Shown: positions 8,976 through 19,508, numbered from the stretch's first letter. The stretch is 64,000 bases of DNA from a virus (IMGVR_UViG_3300042197_002147:92712-156711); one strand, 5' to 3'. Numbers and translations: made by a program. The notes: generated by a model from the sequence alone, not told the origin.

Positions 8976-10369
8976 ACAGCATAGAACAGATTATACTTCA
9001 CAATCTGATTAAAAATGAATCTTTCTCTCGTAGAGTGATTCCATTTTTAATTAAGGATTATTTTCATGATCGGTCTGAAAGATTTGTTTTTGAAACAATT
9101 CAAGACTATATTGTGAAGTATAATAGTCTCCCCACCAAGGAGGCACTGTTCATTATCATTGACAAGAATCGTTCTGTAAGTGAAGAAGAAGTCAAAAAGA
9201 TATCTGAAATCATTGAAGACATTTCAAAGGATTCTGATCCAGTTGATGTAGATTGGTTAACCAAAGAAACAGAAACTTTTTGCAAAGATAAAGCAGTTTA
9301 CAATGCCATAATGGAGTCTGTAAATATCATTGATGGAAAGTCTCAGCAGAGCGCAGGAGCAATACCAGACATTCTGAGTAAAGCTCTTGCTGTTTCTTTT
9401 GATCCAAACATTGGTCACGATTATATTGAAGATTATTCAAAGCGTTATGACTTTTATCACATTGTGGAAAAGAAGATTCCATTTGACCTTGAATACTTCA
9501 ACGCAATTACAAAGGATGGTATTGCTCCAAAAACGCTAAACATTGTAATGGCCGGAACTGGTGTTGGTAAATCTTTGTTTCTTTGTCATCATGCTGCTTG
9601 TTGTTTGCGTCAAAACATGAGTGTTCTTTACATTACTTGTGAAATGGCAGAAGAAAGAATTGCAGAAAGAATTGATGCAAATTTCTTGGACACAAATCTA
9701 GATGATCTCAAGGATCTTAGCAAAACTGTTTATGAGAAAAAGGTTGAATCTGCCGCAGCAGGAATTACTGGTAAATTGATTATCAAGGAATATCCAACAG
9801 GTGTTGCAAATGCCAACCACTTTAGATTTCTTCTAGATGAATTGAAGTTGAAGAAAAAGTTCAAACCAGATATTATTTTTATTGATTATTTAAACATCTG
9901 CTCATCTTCACGCTTCAAGGGAGCAAAAAATGTCAATTCTTATGAGTATGTAAAGTCCATTGCAGAAGAACTGCGGGGTCTTGCTATTGAATATAATGTT
10001 CCTATTTTTAGTGCAACACAAACAAATCGTGCAGGATATTCAAATACTGATGTAGATCTTGAGAACACATCTGAATCTTTTGGTCTTCCCGCAACTTGTG
10101 ATTTTATGTTTGCTCTAATCTCAACCGAGGAGTTGGATGAGTTAAATCAAATAATGGTAAAGCAGTTGAAGAATCGTTACAATGACAAGGCTAAAAACAG
10201 AAAATTCATTGTTGGAATCAATAGAGCAAAAATGAAATTATTTGATGTTCAGAAAGAAGATCAAGGTTACATTGCAGAAAGCGGTCAAAAGAAAGAAGAA
10301 GACTTTTTTGCAAAGGAAAAGAAACAAAACTTTAGAGAACAAAAGAAGTTTGATTCTTGGAAGATATAA
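8972..10369 (+). CDS. gp41: Replicative DnaB-like helicase
   Basis: AGTGVGKS, IFIDYLNI, SATQTNR, SESFGLP, KQLKNRY. Confidence 0.95.
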   Translation: MNSIEQIILHNLIKNESFSRRVIPFLIKDYFHDRSERFVFETIQDYIVKYNSLPTKEALFIIIDKNRSVSEEEVKKISEIIEDISKDSDPVDVDWLTKETETFCKDKAVYNAIMESVNIIDGKSQQSAGAIPDILSKALAVSFDPNIGHDYIEDYSKRYDFYHIVEKKIPFDLEYFNAITKDGIAPKTLNIVMAGTGVGKSLFLCHHAACCLRQNMSVLYITCEMAEERIAERIDANFLDTNLDDLKDLSKTVYEKKVESAAAGITGKLIIKEYPTGVANANHFRFLLDELKLKKKFKPDIIFIDYLNICSSSRFKGAKNVNSYEYVKSIAEELRGLAIEYNVPIFSATQTNRAGYSNTDVDLENTSESFGLPATCDFMFALISTEELDELNQIMVKQLKNRYNDKAKNRKFIVGINRAKMKLFDVQKEDQGYIAESGQKKEEDFFAKEKKQNFREQKKFDSWKI

Positions 10370-11379
10370 TGTCTAGTTATATTGATAAAAAATACATAAA
10401 CATGGTTTCTCCACTTCTTGAAAAGTTTAAGTGGAAAAAAGATAATCTTGCAAATTGTCGTTGTCCATTGTGTGGTGATTCCGACAGAAGCAAAATAAAA
10501 GCAAGAGGATATTTCTACAAAAAGGGAAATGATTTTTTTTACAAGTGTCATAACTGTGGAATAGGTCACAATCTTCATAATTTTTTGGAAAAAGTTTCTT
10601 TATCATTGTGCAAAGAATATGCACTGGAAAGGTATCGTTCTGGTGAAAATGGCAACTCCAATTACAAGAAACCAGAAGAAAGACAGTTGTATCCTTTCAA
10701 AGAACAAATTAAATTCGACACTCTATCAAATTTTCAGTCTTCAAATGAAATAATTTCTAATTTTGTAAATGAAAGACAAATTCCACAAAATCGTTTTGTT
10801 GATATCGGATATACTGATGACTTTGGTGCTTTTGCAAAGCAATTTCAAACTGATTACGATTTAGCAAAAGAAGAAAGAATAGTTATTCTTATTCGTGATG
10901 AAAATGGAGATGTAATTGGAGCACAAGGAAGAACTATTTCCAAAATACCAAAAAAGAATGTTCCAAAGTATATCACACTAAGAAAAACAGAAGACACTAA
11001 ACTAATTTATGGTATAGATAAATTGAATAAGAAGAAAACCTTTTATGTTGTTGAAGGCCCAATTGACAGCATGTTTATAGATAATTCAATTGCTTGTTTG
11101 GGTAGTAGTGGTTTTATTGATATGGCTAAAGAATATTCAAAAGGTGTCTTTATTTTAGACAATGAACCAAGAAACAAACAAACTGTTGAAATTCTTTCAG
11201 AACTTGTTAAAATGGGTGTAAAGGTTGTAATTTGGCCTGCATCTTGTAAAGAAAAAGATATCAATGAAGTGATTAAAAAACATGGAAGGCAATATATGGA
11301 AGCAATACTAGAAAATTGTGTTTACAGTGGACTTAAAGCAGTATTGGAATTCCATAGTTGGAAAAAATGCAATGTCTGA
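10369..11379 (+). CDS. gp61: DNA primase
   Basis: CPLCGDS...CHNC zinc finger; VEGPIDS and DNEPRN TOPRIM motifs. Confidence 0.93.
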   Translation: MSSYIDKKYINMVSPLLEKFKWKKDNLANCRCPLCGDSDRSKIKARGYFYKKGNDFFYKCHNCGIGHNLHNFLEKVSLSLCKEYALERYRSGENGNSNYKKPEERQLYPFKEQIKFDTLSNFQSSNEIISNFVNERQIPQNRFVDIGYTDDFGAFAKQFQTDYDLAKEERIVILIRDENGDVIGAQGRTISKIPKKNVPKYITLRKTEDTKLIYGIDKLNKKKTFYVVEGPIDSMFIDNSIACLGSSGFIDMAKEYSKGVFILDNEPRNKQTVEILSELVKMGVKVVIWPASCKEKDINEVIKKHGRQYMEAILENCVYSGLKAVLEFHSWKKCNV

Positions 11380-11554
11380 AGGAAGAGATGATTATCTAGT
11401 CACGAGAGCAGTTGCAGAATTTGGATTAAAGTTTGCAGAATATGTAAATGAAATGGATCCAGAACTATGGAGAAGAGCTCTTGATTATGCAAAGCATTAT
11501 ACAAAAGTTGATGGTATAGAATTCAGAAGTGTGGATAAAAAAGATGAACAGTGA
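11372..11554 (+). CDS. Hypothetical protein
   Basis: Overlapping ORF in operon. Confidence 0.55.
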   Translation: MSEGRDDYLVTRAVAEFGLKFAEYVNEMDPELWRRALDYAKHYTKVDGIEFRSVDKKDEQ

Positions 11555-11789
11555 ATATAAGTTAAACCCAATTAATGAATTTTGTAATGTTGAAAATTCA
11601 AAATTGCTAAAAAATAGAATATCTGAGATGTCTGTTTTAGAAAGAATAGAATCGGGATCAATGTCTCAAATGTTTTCTTTTTGGCGAGAAATTCAAGAAA
11701 TATTGTTTTCGGCAGCAGAGGAAATAAAAAGATTAAATAAAAAAATAGAAGAATTGGAGAATTCTAAAAATGGATCAAACAGTAAATGA
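11544..11789 (+). CDS. Hypothetical protein
   Basis: Overlapping ORF with coiled-coil C-terminus. Confidence 0.55.
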   Translation: MNSEYKLNPINEFCNVENSKLLKNRISEMSVLERIESGSMSQMFSFWREIQEILFSAAEEIKRLNKKIEELENSKNGSNSK

Positions 11790-12495
11790 AAATAAAATAT
11801 CTGTTATTGATGGAATTGGTTTTGTTCAACTTGTCGATAACATGGGTAGTGATTTGAGTGTGGTAAATGCTGCAAGAGTTTCTTTTAATAAAGAAAGCGA
11901 GTGGGAAGAGATTGACCATGAAGGTAATGGTGTTCTTGGTGAAAAAGATACAAAACTTATTAATTATCTCGCAAAACACAAACACTGGACTCCATTCGCC
12001 CATCCACAAATTACATTGAGAATTAAAGCACCAATTTTCGTTAGAACTCAGCTATTTAAGCATAAAGTTGGGTTTGTTGAAAATGAAGTTTCTCGTCGCT
12101 ATGTTACATATGAACCAGAAATTTATGTTCCTCGTTGGAGATCCGCTCCAACTAATGGAGCAAAACAAGGTTCAAATGATTTTATGAATATTGATATCGA
12201 ATATAACGATTGCAATAGAATTTATAATTTTATAGCAAAGGAATCTTTGGATGTGTATAACACACTTTTGAAAAAAGGAGTGGCACCAGAACAAGCAAGA
12301 TCTGTTCTTCCACAAGGAACATATACAGAATGGTGGTGGACTGGTTCTCTTTCTGCGTATGCACGAGTTTATCACCAAAGAATTGATTCACACGCACAAT
12401 GGGAAATACAGCAGTATGCAAAGGCAATTGGAGAGTTAATTGCCCCACTTTATCCAGAATCTTGGAAAGTTCTTACTGCCGTTTCTTCGACTTGA
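11770..12495 (+). CDS. thyX: FAD-dependent thymidylate synthase
   Basis: VNAARVS, HWTPF, NEVSRRY, PEQARSVLPQ, HAQWEI. Confidence 0.95.
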   Translation: MDQTVNENKISVIDGIGFVQLVDNMGSDLSVVNAARVSFNKESEWEEIDHEGNGVLGEKDTKLINYLAKHKHWTPFAHPQITLRIKAPIFVRTQLFKHKVGFVENEVSRRYVTYEPEIYVPRWRSAPTNGAKQGSNDFMNIDIEYNDCNRIYNFIAKESLDVYNTLLKKGVAPEQARSVLPQGTYTEWWWTGSLSAYARVYHQRIDSHAQWEIQQYAKAIGELIAPLYPESWKVLTAVSST

Positions 12496-12533
12496 TTATA
12501 GATATACTTACCAACTTCACAGGAGTTTAAAAA

Positions 12534-14465
12534 ATGAATGATATTAAATTGCCAACTCTTTATCAAGAGTTTATACACCTTTCTCGTTACTCACGCTGGC
12601 TTGAAACAGAAAAGAGGAGAGAAACATGGCAGGAAACTGTAAGTCGATATTTTAATTTCTTTGAAAGTCACCTCAAAGAAAAGCAAAATTTTATATTGAC
12701 TTCAGAATTAAGAAGTGAATTAGAAACAGCAGTTTTGAATTTAGAAATAATGCCTAGCATGAGAGCATTGATGACTGCTGGAGAGGCACTTGACCGCGAT
12801 AATACCGCAGGGTATAATTGCTCATATGTTGCAGTCAATCGTGTACGAGCATTTGATGAAATATTATACATACTCATGTGTGGCACCGGCGTCGGTTTCT
12901 CCGTCGAAAGACAATATGTTGAAAAACTTCCAACGATTGCGGAGGAATTTACAAACAGTGAAACCACTATTGTTGTCCAAGATAGTAAGGCTGGTTGGGC
13001 TAAGGCGTACAGGGAACTTGTTTCCTTACTTATTGGAGGCCAAATTCCAAAATGGGACATGTCAAAGGTTCGTCCTTCTGGCGCAAGACTTAAGACATTT
13101 GGTGGCCGTGCGTCCGGTCCGGGGCCATTGGAAGATCTCTTTAGATTCACAACTGACACTTTTAAAAAGGCTTCAGGAAGAAAACTCACTTCCATCGAAT
13201 GCCATGATATCGTCTGTAAGATTGCAGAAGTTGTCGTGGTCGGAGGTGTGCGACGATCTGCACTTATATCACTTAGTAATCTCACTGATGAACGGATGCG
13301 GGATGCAAAGTCAGGGGCTTGGTGGAACGACAATCCGCAACGCGCATTGGCCAACAACTCAGTTGCTTACAAAGAAAAACCAGACATGGGCATTTTCATG
13401 GAGGAATGGGTTTCTCTCTATAAGAGCAAGAGTGGTGAGCGTGGTATCTTCAATCGTGACGCTTGCAAAAAGACTGTTGCTAAACTAGGTGATCGTCGTG
13501 ATGCTGGTTATGAGTTTGGAACAAATCCTTGCTCAGAAATTATTCTTCGTGACCGTGAGTTTTGCAATTTAACAGAAGTTGTTGTTCGTTCCACAGATAC
13601 TGCCGAAGATCTTGCTCGAAAAGTTCGTTTAGCAACAATTCTTGGAACATTTCAAGCATCACTCACAAACTTTCCATATCTTTCTAGCGAATGGAAAAAG
13701 AATTGTGAAGAGGAATGTCTCTTGGGTGTGTCTTTAACCGGAATATTAGACAATGAAGACATGACTACGGATGTCATTAATCTAGAAAAGGGATTGGTAA
13801 AACTGAAACAAATAGCAATAGATGTCAACAAGGAATTTGCAAAAAAGATTGGAATCAACCAAGCAGCAGCAATTACTTGTGTAAAACCATCAGGAACAGT
13901 ATCACAACTTGTTGATGCTGCATCGGGAATTCATCCAAGACACAGCCAATACTATGTTAGAACAGTTCGTGCAGATAGAAAAGATCCACTATGTCAAATG
14001 ATGATTGACCTTGGATTTCCACACGAACCATGTGTAATGAAACCCGATTCTGTCATGGTTTTCTCTTTCCCGATGAAATCACCGGATGGTTGTCTGACAA
14101 GAAATGATTTAACCGCAATAGAACATTTACAACTTTGGTTAACTTATCAAAGGTTCTGGTGTGAGCATAAACCAAGCATAACAATCACTGTTCGTGAGAA
14201 TGAATGGATGGAGGTTGGTGCATGGGTCTACAAGCACTTTGATGAAATTAGCGGTATTTCATTCCTACCACACAGTGATCATAATTATCGCCAAGCACCC
14301 TATCAAGAGTGCGGAAAAGAAGAACATGATTTACTTTTGGCAAAAATGCCAAACGGTGTGAATTGGTTGGATTTGATTAAATACGAAAAAGAAGACAAAA
14401 CATCAGGAACACAAACTTTTGCCTGTAGTGGCGATAAGTGTGAATTAGTAGATATTACTTCTTAG
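12534..14465 (+). CDS. nrdJ: Class II (B12-dependent) ribonucleotide reductase
   Basis: YNCSY, GTNPCSEI, FCNL, VKPSGTVS, C-terminal CSGDKC; no nrdB nearby. Confidence 0.92.
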   Translation: MNDIKLPTLYQEFIHLSRYSRWLETEKRRETWQETVSRYFNFFESHLKEKQNFILTSELRSELETAVLNLEIMPSMRALMTAGEALDRDNTAGYNCSYVAVNRVRAFDEILYILMCGTGVGFSVERQYVEKLPTIAEEFTNSETTIVVQDSKAGWAKAYRELVSLLIGGQIPKWDMSKVRPSGARLKTFGGRASGPGPLEDLFRFTTDTFKKASGRKLTSIECHDIVCKIAEVVVVGGVRRSALISLSNLTDERMRDAKSGAWWNDNPQRALANNSVAYKEKPDMGIFMEEWVSLYKSKSGERGIFNRDACKKTVAKLGDRRDAGYEFGTNPCSEIILRDREFCNLTEVVVRSTDTAEDLARKVRLATILGTFQASLTNFPYLSSEWKKNCEEECLLGVSLTGILDNEDMTTDVINLEKGLVKLKQIAIDVNKEFAKKIGINQAAAITCVKPSGTVSQLVDAASGIHPRHSQYYVRTVRADRKDPLCQMMIDLGFPHEPCVMKPDSVMVFSFPMKSPDGCLTRNDLTAIEHLQLWLTYQRFWCEHKPSITITVRENEWMEVGAWVYKHFDEISGISFLPHSDHNYRQAPYQECGKEEHDLLLAKMPNGVNWLDLIKYEKEDKTSGTQTFACSGDKCELVDITS

Positions 14466-14712
14466 TACCTTTTGTTCTACTTCTAATAATCTCGCGGATG
14501 TCCATCTCTTCATCTTGATGGGCATCCGCTTGTTTATGTAATTTTTCTGCCTTTTCTTGGTTTCCTGCCTCTTTTGCCTTGACAGCATTATCACGAACAA
14601 CACTTACTTTTTTGGAATAAGTGTTTCCGAGTTTTCTTAACTCGCTTGTTGGCAGTTTCATTAATTCTGACTTTGGGTGACTTTCTTTTAAAAATGATGC
14701 GAATGATTTCAT
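14455..14712 (-). CDS. Putative internal head protein (CTS-like MKSFASFLKE)
   Basis: N-terminal motif; upstream ATAAATA and GAGG RBS. Confidence 0.6.
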   Translation of the reverse strand: MKSFASFLKESHPKSELMKLPTSELRKLGNTYSKKVSVVRDNAVKAKEAGNQEKAEKLHKQADAHQDEEMDIREIIRSRTKGTKK

Positions 14713-14765
14713 AGTTTATCCTCAACTATATTTATGTTTTTATTAAATAGGCGTATAAATATTTA

Positions 14766-14843
14766 TGACCCACGCAACTGTGAGATTAACCACCCGAAGT
14801 TGATGGGGGAGCTAAGACTCCAATCTCCGCAGTTGCGTGGGTA
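14766..14843 (+). ncRNA. Candidate small structured RNA behind a late promoter
   Basis: TATAAATA at 14754-14761, then a ~20-bp stem ACCCACGCAACTG..GAGATT / AATCTC..CAGTTGCGTGGGT. Confidence 0.5.
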
Positions 14844-14866
14844 AAGTTTTATGCATAAATATTAGT

Positions 14867-15427
14867 ATGATTATTGCAGGAATTGATTATAGTTTAAATG
14901 GACCGGCAATTTGTGTAGCCAATACGGATAAATCTTTTTGTTTTGATAATTGTTCTTTTTATTTTCTAACAGATGTAAAAAGAAATGCAAAAACATTTTT
15001 AACAAACATCCATGGCGAAGCATTTGAAGACTACAATGAAGATTGTGAGAGATACGACACATTATCCGATTGGGTGATGCGCGTTTGTTCTGGTTGCGAA
15101 CAGATAGCACTTGAGGGTTACGCTTATGGAGCACAGGGTAGGGTGTTTCATATAGCAGAAAATACTGGTTTATTGAAGTATAAAATTTATCAAACAAGAA
15201 CACCATTGACAATTATCCCACCAACAGAAGTCAAAAAATATGCAACCGGCAAAGGAAATTCCGATAAGCAAAAAATGTATAGTTCTTTTGTTTTGGATAC
15301 AAATATTTTTCTAAACACAATAATGACACCGGACAAGAAAGAAATTTCAAGTCCGGTGTCAGATATTGTAGATTCTTTTTATATTTGTAAGATACTTTAT
15401 AACAAAATTTTAGACTCTTCTTCTTGA
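14867..15427 (+). CDS. RuvC-like Holliday junction resolvase
   Basis: AGIDYS, IALEGY, PTEVKK.ATGKGN.DK, DIVDS. Confidence 0.85.
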   Translation: MIIAGIDYSLNGPAICVANTDKSFCFDNCSFYFLTDVKRNAKTFLTNIHGEAFEDYNEDCERYDTLSDWVMRVCSGCEQIALEGYAYGAQGRVFHIAENTGLLKYKIYQTRTPLTIIPPTEVKKYATGKGNSDKQKMYSSFVLDTNIFLNTIMTPDKKEISSPVSDIVDSFYICKILYNKILDSSS

Positions 15428-16036
15428 ACTCACTAAAGAAGCAATCGCAAGTAAACCTATAGCACCGGGTGAGGGTATTGCATTGACACCAAATCCACAA
15501 AAATCAATGAGATTACCCTGTGTGGTTCCACCAGTTGCACTTACTGCTTCGAATGCAAATCTTGTCATATTTCCAATCGAAACTATTGAACCAGTATGAA
15601 ACTGCCATGCAGTCTCGTCTGCACTGAATGTATTTTGATATAGGATTGTGTCATCCCCTCCACCATAGGTCTGATCTGTTCCCAAATCTATGATTGAAAG
15701 TTGCATAACATCAACACCATATCTTCCTCTGTGTGCAAAATGCCAATTTATTGTATTATTGTCACCCAACCCATTTACATGTTGGTAAAGTGTAGATGCA
15801 TAATTTGCATTTAGTTCTGCAAAAGAATTGCCTTCATATGCGGGTGTTCCTAAAAATCCATCAGACCATATTTCTAATGTATTGTCTGGTGCAGTTGTTG
15901 CCCAATTTAGTGTTGGATCTGAACCAGAATAGAAACCATAACCCCAAACAGTAAAATCCTCAAAACCACCATTAACTAGATCTGCCGAGCATGTTGTAGA
16001 TAGACTGATAGCCAGCAAAAGTGGTAACTTGTTCAT
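15410..16036 (-). CDS. Secreted PEP-CTERM-type sorting-domain protein
   Basis: Signal peptide, LVNGGFE, beta-rich body, C-terminal IPSPGAIGLLAIASLVSSRRRV. Confidence 0.8.
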   Translation of the reverse strand: MNKLPLLLAISLSTTCSADLVNGGFEDFTVWGYGFYSGSDPTLNWATTAPDNTLEIWSDGFLGTPAYEGNSFAELNANYASTLYQHVNGLGDNNTINWHFAHRGRYGVDVMQLSIIDLGTDQTYGGGDDTILYQNTFSADETAWQFHTGSIVSIGNMTRFAFEAVSATGGTTQGNLIDFCGFGVNAIPSPGAIGLLAIASLVSSRRRV

Positions 16037-16755
16037 CAAACTCTCTTTCTTGTTGAAAATAGTTGCGGAATCGCAAACAATGTCAATGTACCAACCGATG
16101 GTACATTGTTTTGTGGTAAGTAGAATCCAGTTTCTATGCCGTAATATTCCCCGAACCCATAGTTTGTTCCTAGAGCAATGGTCGTAGAGTATTCGTCAAA
16201 TGGCAATGCACTTGGCGTAAAGAAAAATGTATGCATGTCTGGGTTGACTGCTTGAATAGCGGGTACAAAATCTTGAGGCACTATATTTTTTGTAATCAAT
16301 TGTGCAGGATTTATTTTAACTTGTTGTGTTTCTTCTACAAGTGTTGGTTCTTGCGGTTTTATTTCATCTTTAAATCTTGCAACTTCGTCCTCAAGACGAT
16401 ATGGCCTTGTTTCCTCTTTTTGATCAATTTTCTTTTTTGGAATATAAGCAAATTGTAATTTTTGAAAAGGAGCAAGTGCTTGTTTATTTTTTTCTTCTGC
16501 TTTTTCTTCTTCTTTTGTTTCTTCTAATTGTGTTTTTTGTAACTCTTTTGCAGAAGAAACTACAGAACCAAATGAAGAAATGTAAGAAGCAGCATTCTTT
16601 ATTATTTGTTCGCCGGCCAATGTTAAAGAAACACTCATTACTATTGTCATAGTATGCAGTGATTTCTCTAATTGTTTTACTTTTTGTTTTGCGTCGTCAC
16701 ATGCCTTTGCACATGTTGTACAACCGCTGTGTTTTTGTTCCGATACTTTAGCCAT
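16036..16755 (-). CDS. Protein with PEP-CTERM-like C-terminus
   Basis: C-terminal VPSVGTLTLFAIPQLFSTRKRV; N-terminal CxxCxxxC and coiled coil. Confidence 0.6.
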   Translation of the reverse strand: MAKVSEQKHSGCTTCAKACDDAKQKVKQLEKSLHTMTIVMSVSLTLAGEQIIKNAASYISSFGSVVSSAKELQKTQLEETKEEEKAEEKNKQALAPFQKLQFAYIPKKKIDQKEETRPYRLEDEVARFKDEIKPQEPTLVEETQQVKINPAQLITKNIVPQDFVPAIQAVNPDMHTFFFTPSALPFDEYSTTIALGTNYGFGEYYGIETGFYLPQNNVPSVGTLTLFAIPQLFSTRKRV

Positions 16756-16797
16756 GTCATCCTCCCCTTAAAGATGAACATAACGAAGATTACTATA

Positions 16798-17124
16798 TTA
16801 TGTATTTAATTGTTCTGGTTTGTTTGGTTTATTTTGAGTTGAATCGTCAATTCCATCACCATCTCTGTCTTTTTCATCTTTGATTAGACCATCTTCACAA
16901 ATCATTGGTTTTCGGATGAATTCTCTCCAAGCCCAAAGCAATGATATTAAAACAACAGGAGCATACCAAAGAGTCCATCCATAGGATGGTTTGGAAGCAC
17001 CTTCTTGTGCAATTTCATCTTTAATTGCCATGAGAACAACATTGTCACTGGTATTATCTGGTACTATAAATGGAGTTGTGCATCCTGCTAGTAATAAAAG
17101 TGGTATATATTTTAAGTATTTCAT
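16798..17124 (-). CDS. Putative lipoprotein with TM helix
   Basis: Lipobox LLAGC; second hydrophobic segment; DRDGDGIDD. Confidence 0.65.
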   Translation of the reverse strand: MKYLKYIPLLLLAGCTTPFIVPDNTSDNVVLMAIKDEIAQEGASKPSYGWTLWYAPVVLISLLWAWREFIRKPMICEDGLIKDEKDRDGDGIDDSTQNKPNKPEQLNT

Positions 17125-17133
17125 TGGTACTCC

Positions 17134-17574
17134 TTATGATTTGCTTGGCGTTGCTGCTGCTGTACCGAAATAGAATCCTACTATGCTTAACAATATTTCT
17201 CTATTTTCGGATGACCAGAAAAATCCATTTATTTCAACGAAACTTTTTCTAGCAGTTTCTGGTATCAAACCAAATAATCCTTCTGGATTTTTTACATCAA
17301 CCTCAACGAAGGTAGGAACACCAAAGAAAGGAAGGATAAATGGAGCAGCAAATGCACCAAATAAGACTGTAAGAACTATAATTTGTCTTACAAATTTACC
17401 GGCATCAATACTTACTCTCTGGACTGCTTTATCTTGGTTTTCTGTTGTTTGTTGGTTTGCTTTGATCAATTGCTCGAACATTTGCTTTTGATCTGCACTT
17501 TTTTGTGCCATGAATTTGAACAAAAATCCAGTGACACCTCCTCCAACCATGCTAATTAATTCTGGTGAAAACAT
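17134..17574 (-). CDS. Membrane protein (holin-like)
   Basis: 2-3 hydrophobic helices; IVGFYFG C-terminal motif; AGGAGG RBS. Confidence 0.55.
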   Translation of the reverse strand: MFSPELISMVGGGVTGFLFKFMAQKSADQKQMFEQLIKANQQTTENQDKAVQRVSIDAGKFVRQIIVLTVLFGAFAAPFILPFFGVPTFVEVDVKNPEGLFGLIPETARKSFVEINGFFWSSENREILLSIVGFYFGTAAATPSKS

Positions 17575-17576
17575 AT

Positions 17577-19508
17577 TCAATCCTCCTTTTTATATGCGTT
17601 CTTTTTCAAAAACTTTTTCAACATTTTAACGAATTCTTTTGGTTGTTTTGCTTCCTGCCTGTCCTCTGCGCCACCAAGAGCAGCTAAAAATTTTCCCATG
17701 TTTAGTCTGTTTGCTGGCAATTCATCATCATCTTCTTCTGATGTTTCTCCACCGTCATCTTCGTATAGAGTTCCAGATACATTTTCTCTCTTTTTTACTA
17801 TATTAGACAACAGATTATTCAATATATCTAAATGCTTTTCTGAATAATTTTTTGGTTCGTATTTTATTATTTCTGGTTTTTGTTCTTCTTCCTCATCACC
17901 TTGTCTCTTAGTTTCTGGTTCAACATCCAAATAGCGCATATAGTTTGAAATATCTGGTTTTTTTGCGTATGGTGTATAATTTTTTGCTTCTTTTAATTTT
18001 TTTGGTTTCATTGTGCTTCCTCTTTTAAATTTGTCTTTTTGACCTTTATTTGCTATGGTAAATTCTGGTGGAACAAATTTTACCTGTCCCATTCCCGGCA
18101 ATTCAGAAACAATTCCTTCGTGACTGCTTCCTTCATGTGGGGTTAATGGCATTTGTTCTGATGTCACGGTATCAAATATTATTTTTCTTGCTCTATCAAT
18201 ATGTTCATGTGCCCTGAGTGTTTTTGACAATGCTTTTTTATTTTTTAGTCCATATTCTAAATGACTTTGCAATCTTGCTTGTTGCTTTTTATTTTTTTCT
18301 TTTGCTATTTCAGCCTGTGAAAAAGCAACAAACCCTTTAATGTTTCTCGGGTGTCTTTTTTCTTGAACTGCTTGTCCAAATCTTTTAAAATGCAATCTTC
18401 TTGCACCAGATTTACTAGTTGGATCTTCGTGTTTTGCAATTTCATCTAAAAAAGTTGTCAAACTTTTATCAGAAAGTATTGATCTTGCTTTTTTGATATG
18501 GGATCCTAATTTAGCACTTTTAACTGGATTTATTGAAAATTTTCTTTTGTTTAAGGACAATGGAGCAAAATGGTTTTCTTCTGTGCTCAATCCAGACAAA
18601 TCTGGATTTGATCCTATTTTTTTACCAGTGTCTGTATCTATTTCTGAATGAACTGCAAATGTACTTTGTGCCTTTGGACTTGGTAATTTATAGCGAAGCA
18701 AATTACCTTTCATTGTTCCTTCTGTGTCTCTAAGAATTGCATCTGCTTGGTATGATCTATTTGGTGCGATACCAGTATGACTTGCTGCTCTTAAAGCTGA
18801 AGTAAATGGCGTTACCAAATGTGGCTTGTTTGATTGAGAAGCATAGTCTGTTATTTCTTTTTCACTAAAGAAAGCAGGAGCATTTGCTCCTTTGTATTGA
18901 ACAAAGGGTCTTCCTTGATGTTTTCCAAAAACAAGAGACACACTTCCGTCTGCTTTATAGGACAAATTATGACCTTGTACTGGCTTACCCTTCAAAAGAC
19001 TATGTGTTGCGTCTAAGTGTTCCAAAGCATGACTTCCCATTCCTCTGTAGAGTAATTCACCAACATGTTCTAGATGACCTGTTGTTTCTGCTTTTGGTTT
19101 TTCTTTTTTTGTTTGCTCTTCGATGTAGGAATCTAAATCTATTCCTTGTTCATTAAAATATTCAACAATAGAGTCAAAAACTTCATATGGATCTGCTCCA
19201 TATTTTTCAGATTCTTCTGCTAATAGTCCTATTCCTGTTGTTAAGTATCTTAATTGTGATTTTATTCTTGGATCTGGTATTTTATCCAACAAAACCTTTA
19301 AGTTAACAATTAATCTGTCAAATGGTGTTATGATTCCAATTGGGTTTTTTAAATAGTTTCCTTTGGCATCTATAACACCTAAGCGAAATGCATCCATATC
19401 AGTATATTGTGTGGTAATTGCTTTTACAAATTTATAAATGGTAAAAGAGCTGACAACTCTATTTAATTCTTTTGAAGTAATTGTTCTTCTAAATGGTTTT
19501 GGTTTCAT
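17577..19508 (-). CDS. Conserved T4-like N-terminal domain fused to DUF6267-like (KxDG ligase-like) domain
   Basis: DAFRLGVIDAKG..TPFDRL; HLEH, YKADGS, HEGIV, VKFV..EF. Confidence 0.6.
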   Translation of the reverse strand: MKPKPFRRTITSKELNRVVSSFTIYKFVKAITTQYTDMDAFRLGVIDAKGNYLKNPIGIITPFDRLIVNLKVLLDKIPDPRIKSQLRYLTTGIGLLAEESEKYGADPYEVFDSIVEYFNEQGIDLDSYIEEQTKKEKPKAETTGHLEHVGELLYRGMGSHALEHLDATHSLLKGKPVQGHNLSYKADGSVSLVFGKHQGRPFVQYKGANAPAFFSEKEITDYASQSNKPHLVTPFTSALRAASHTGIAPNRSYQADAILRDTEGTMKGNLLRYKLPSPKAQSTFAVHSEIDTDTGKKIGSNPDLSGLSTEENHFAPLSLNKRKFSINPVKSAKLGSHIKKARSILSDKSLTTFLDEIAKHEDPTSKSGARRLHFKRFGQAVQEKRHPRNIKGFVAFSQAEIAKEKNKKQQARLQSHLEYGLKNKKALSKTLRAHEHIDRARKIIFDTVTSEQMPLTPHEGSSHEGIVSELPGMGQVKFVPPEFTIANKGQKDKFKRGSTMKPKKLKEAKNYTPYAKKPDISNYMRYLDVEPETKRQGDEEEEQKPEIIKYEPKNYSEKHLDILNNLLSNIVKKRENVSGTLYEDDGGETSEEDDDELPANRLNMGKFLAALGGAEDRQEAKQPKEFVKMLKKFLKKNAYKKED

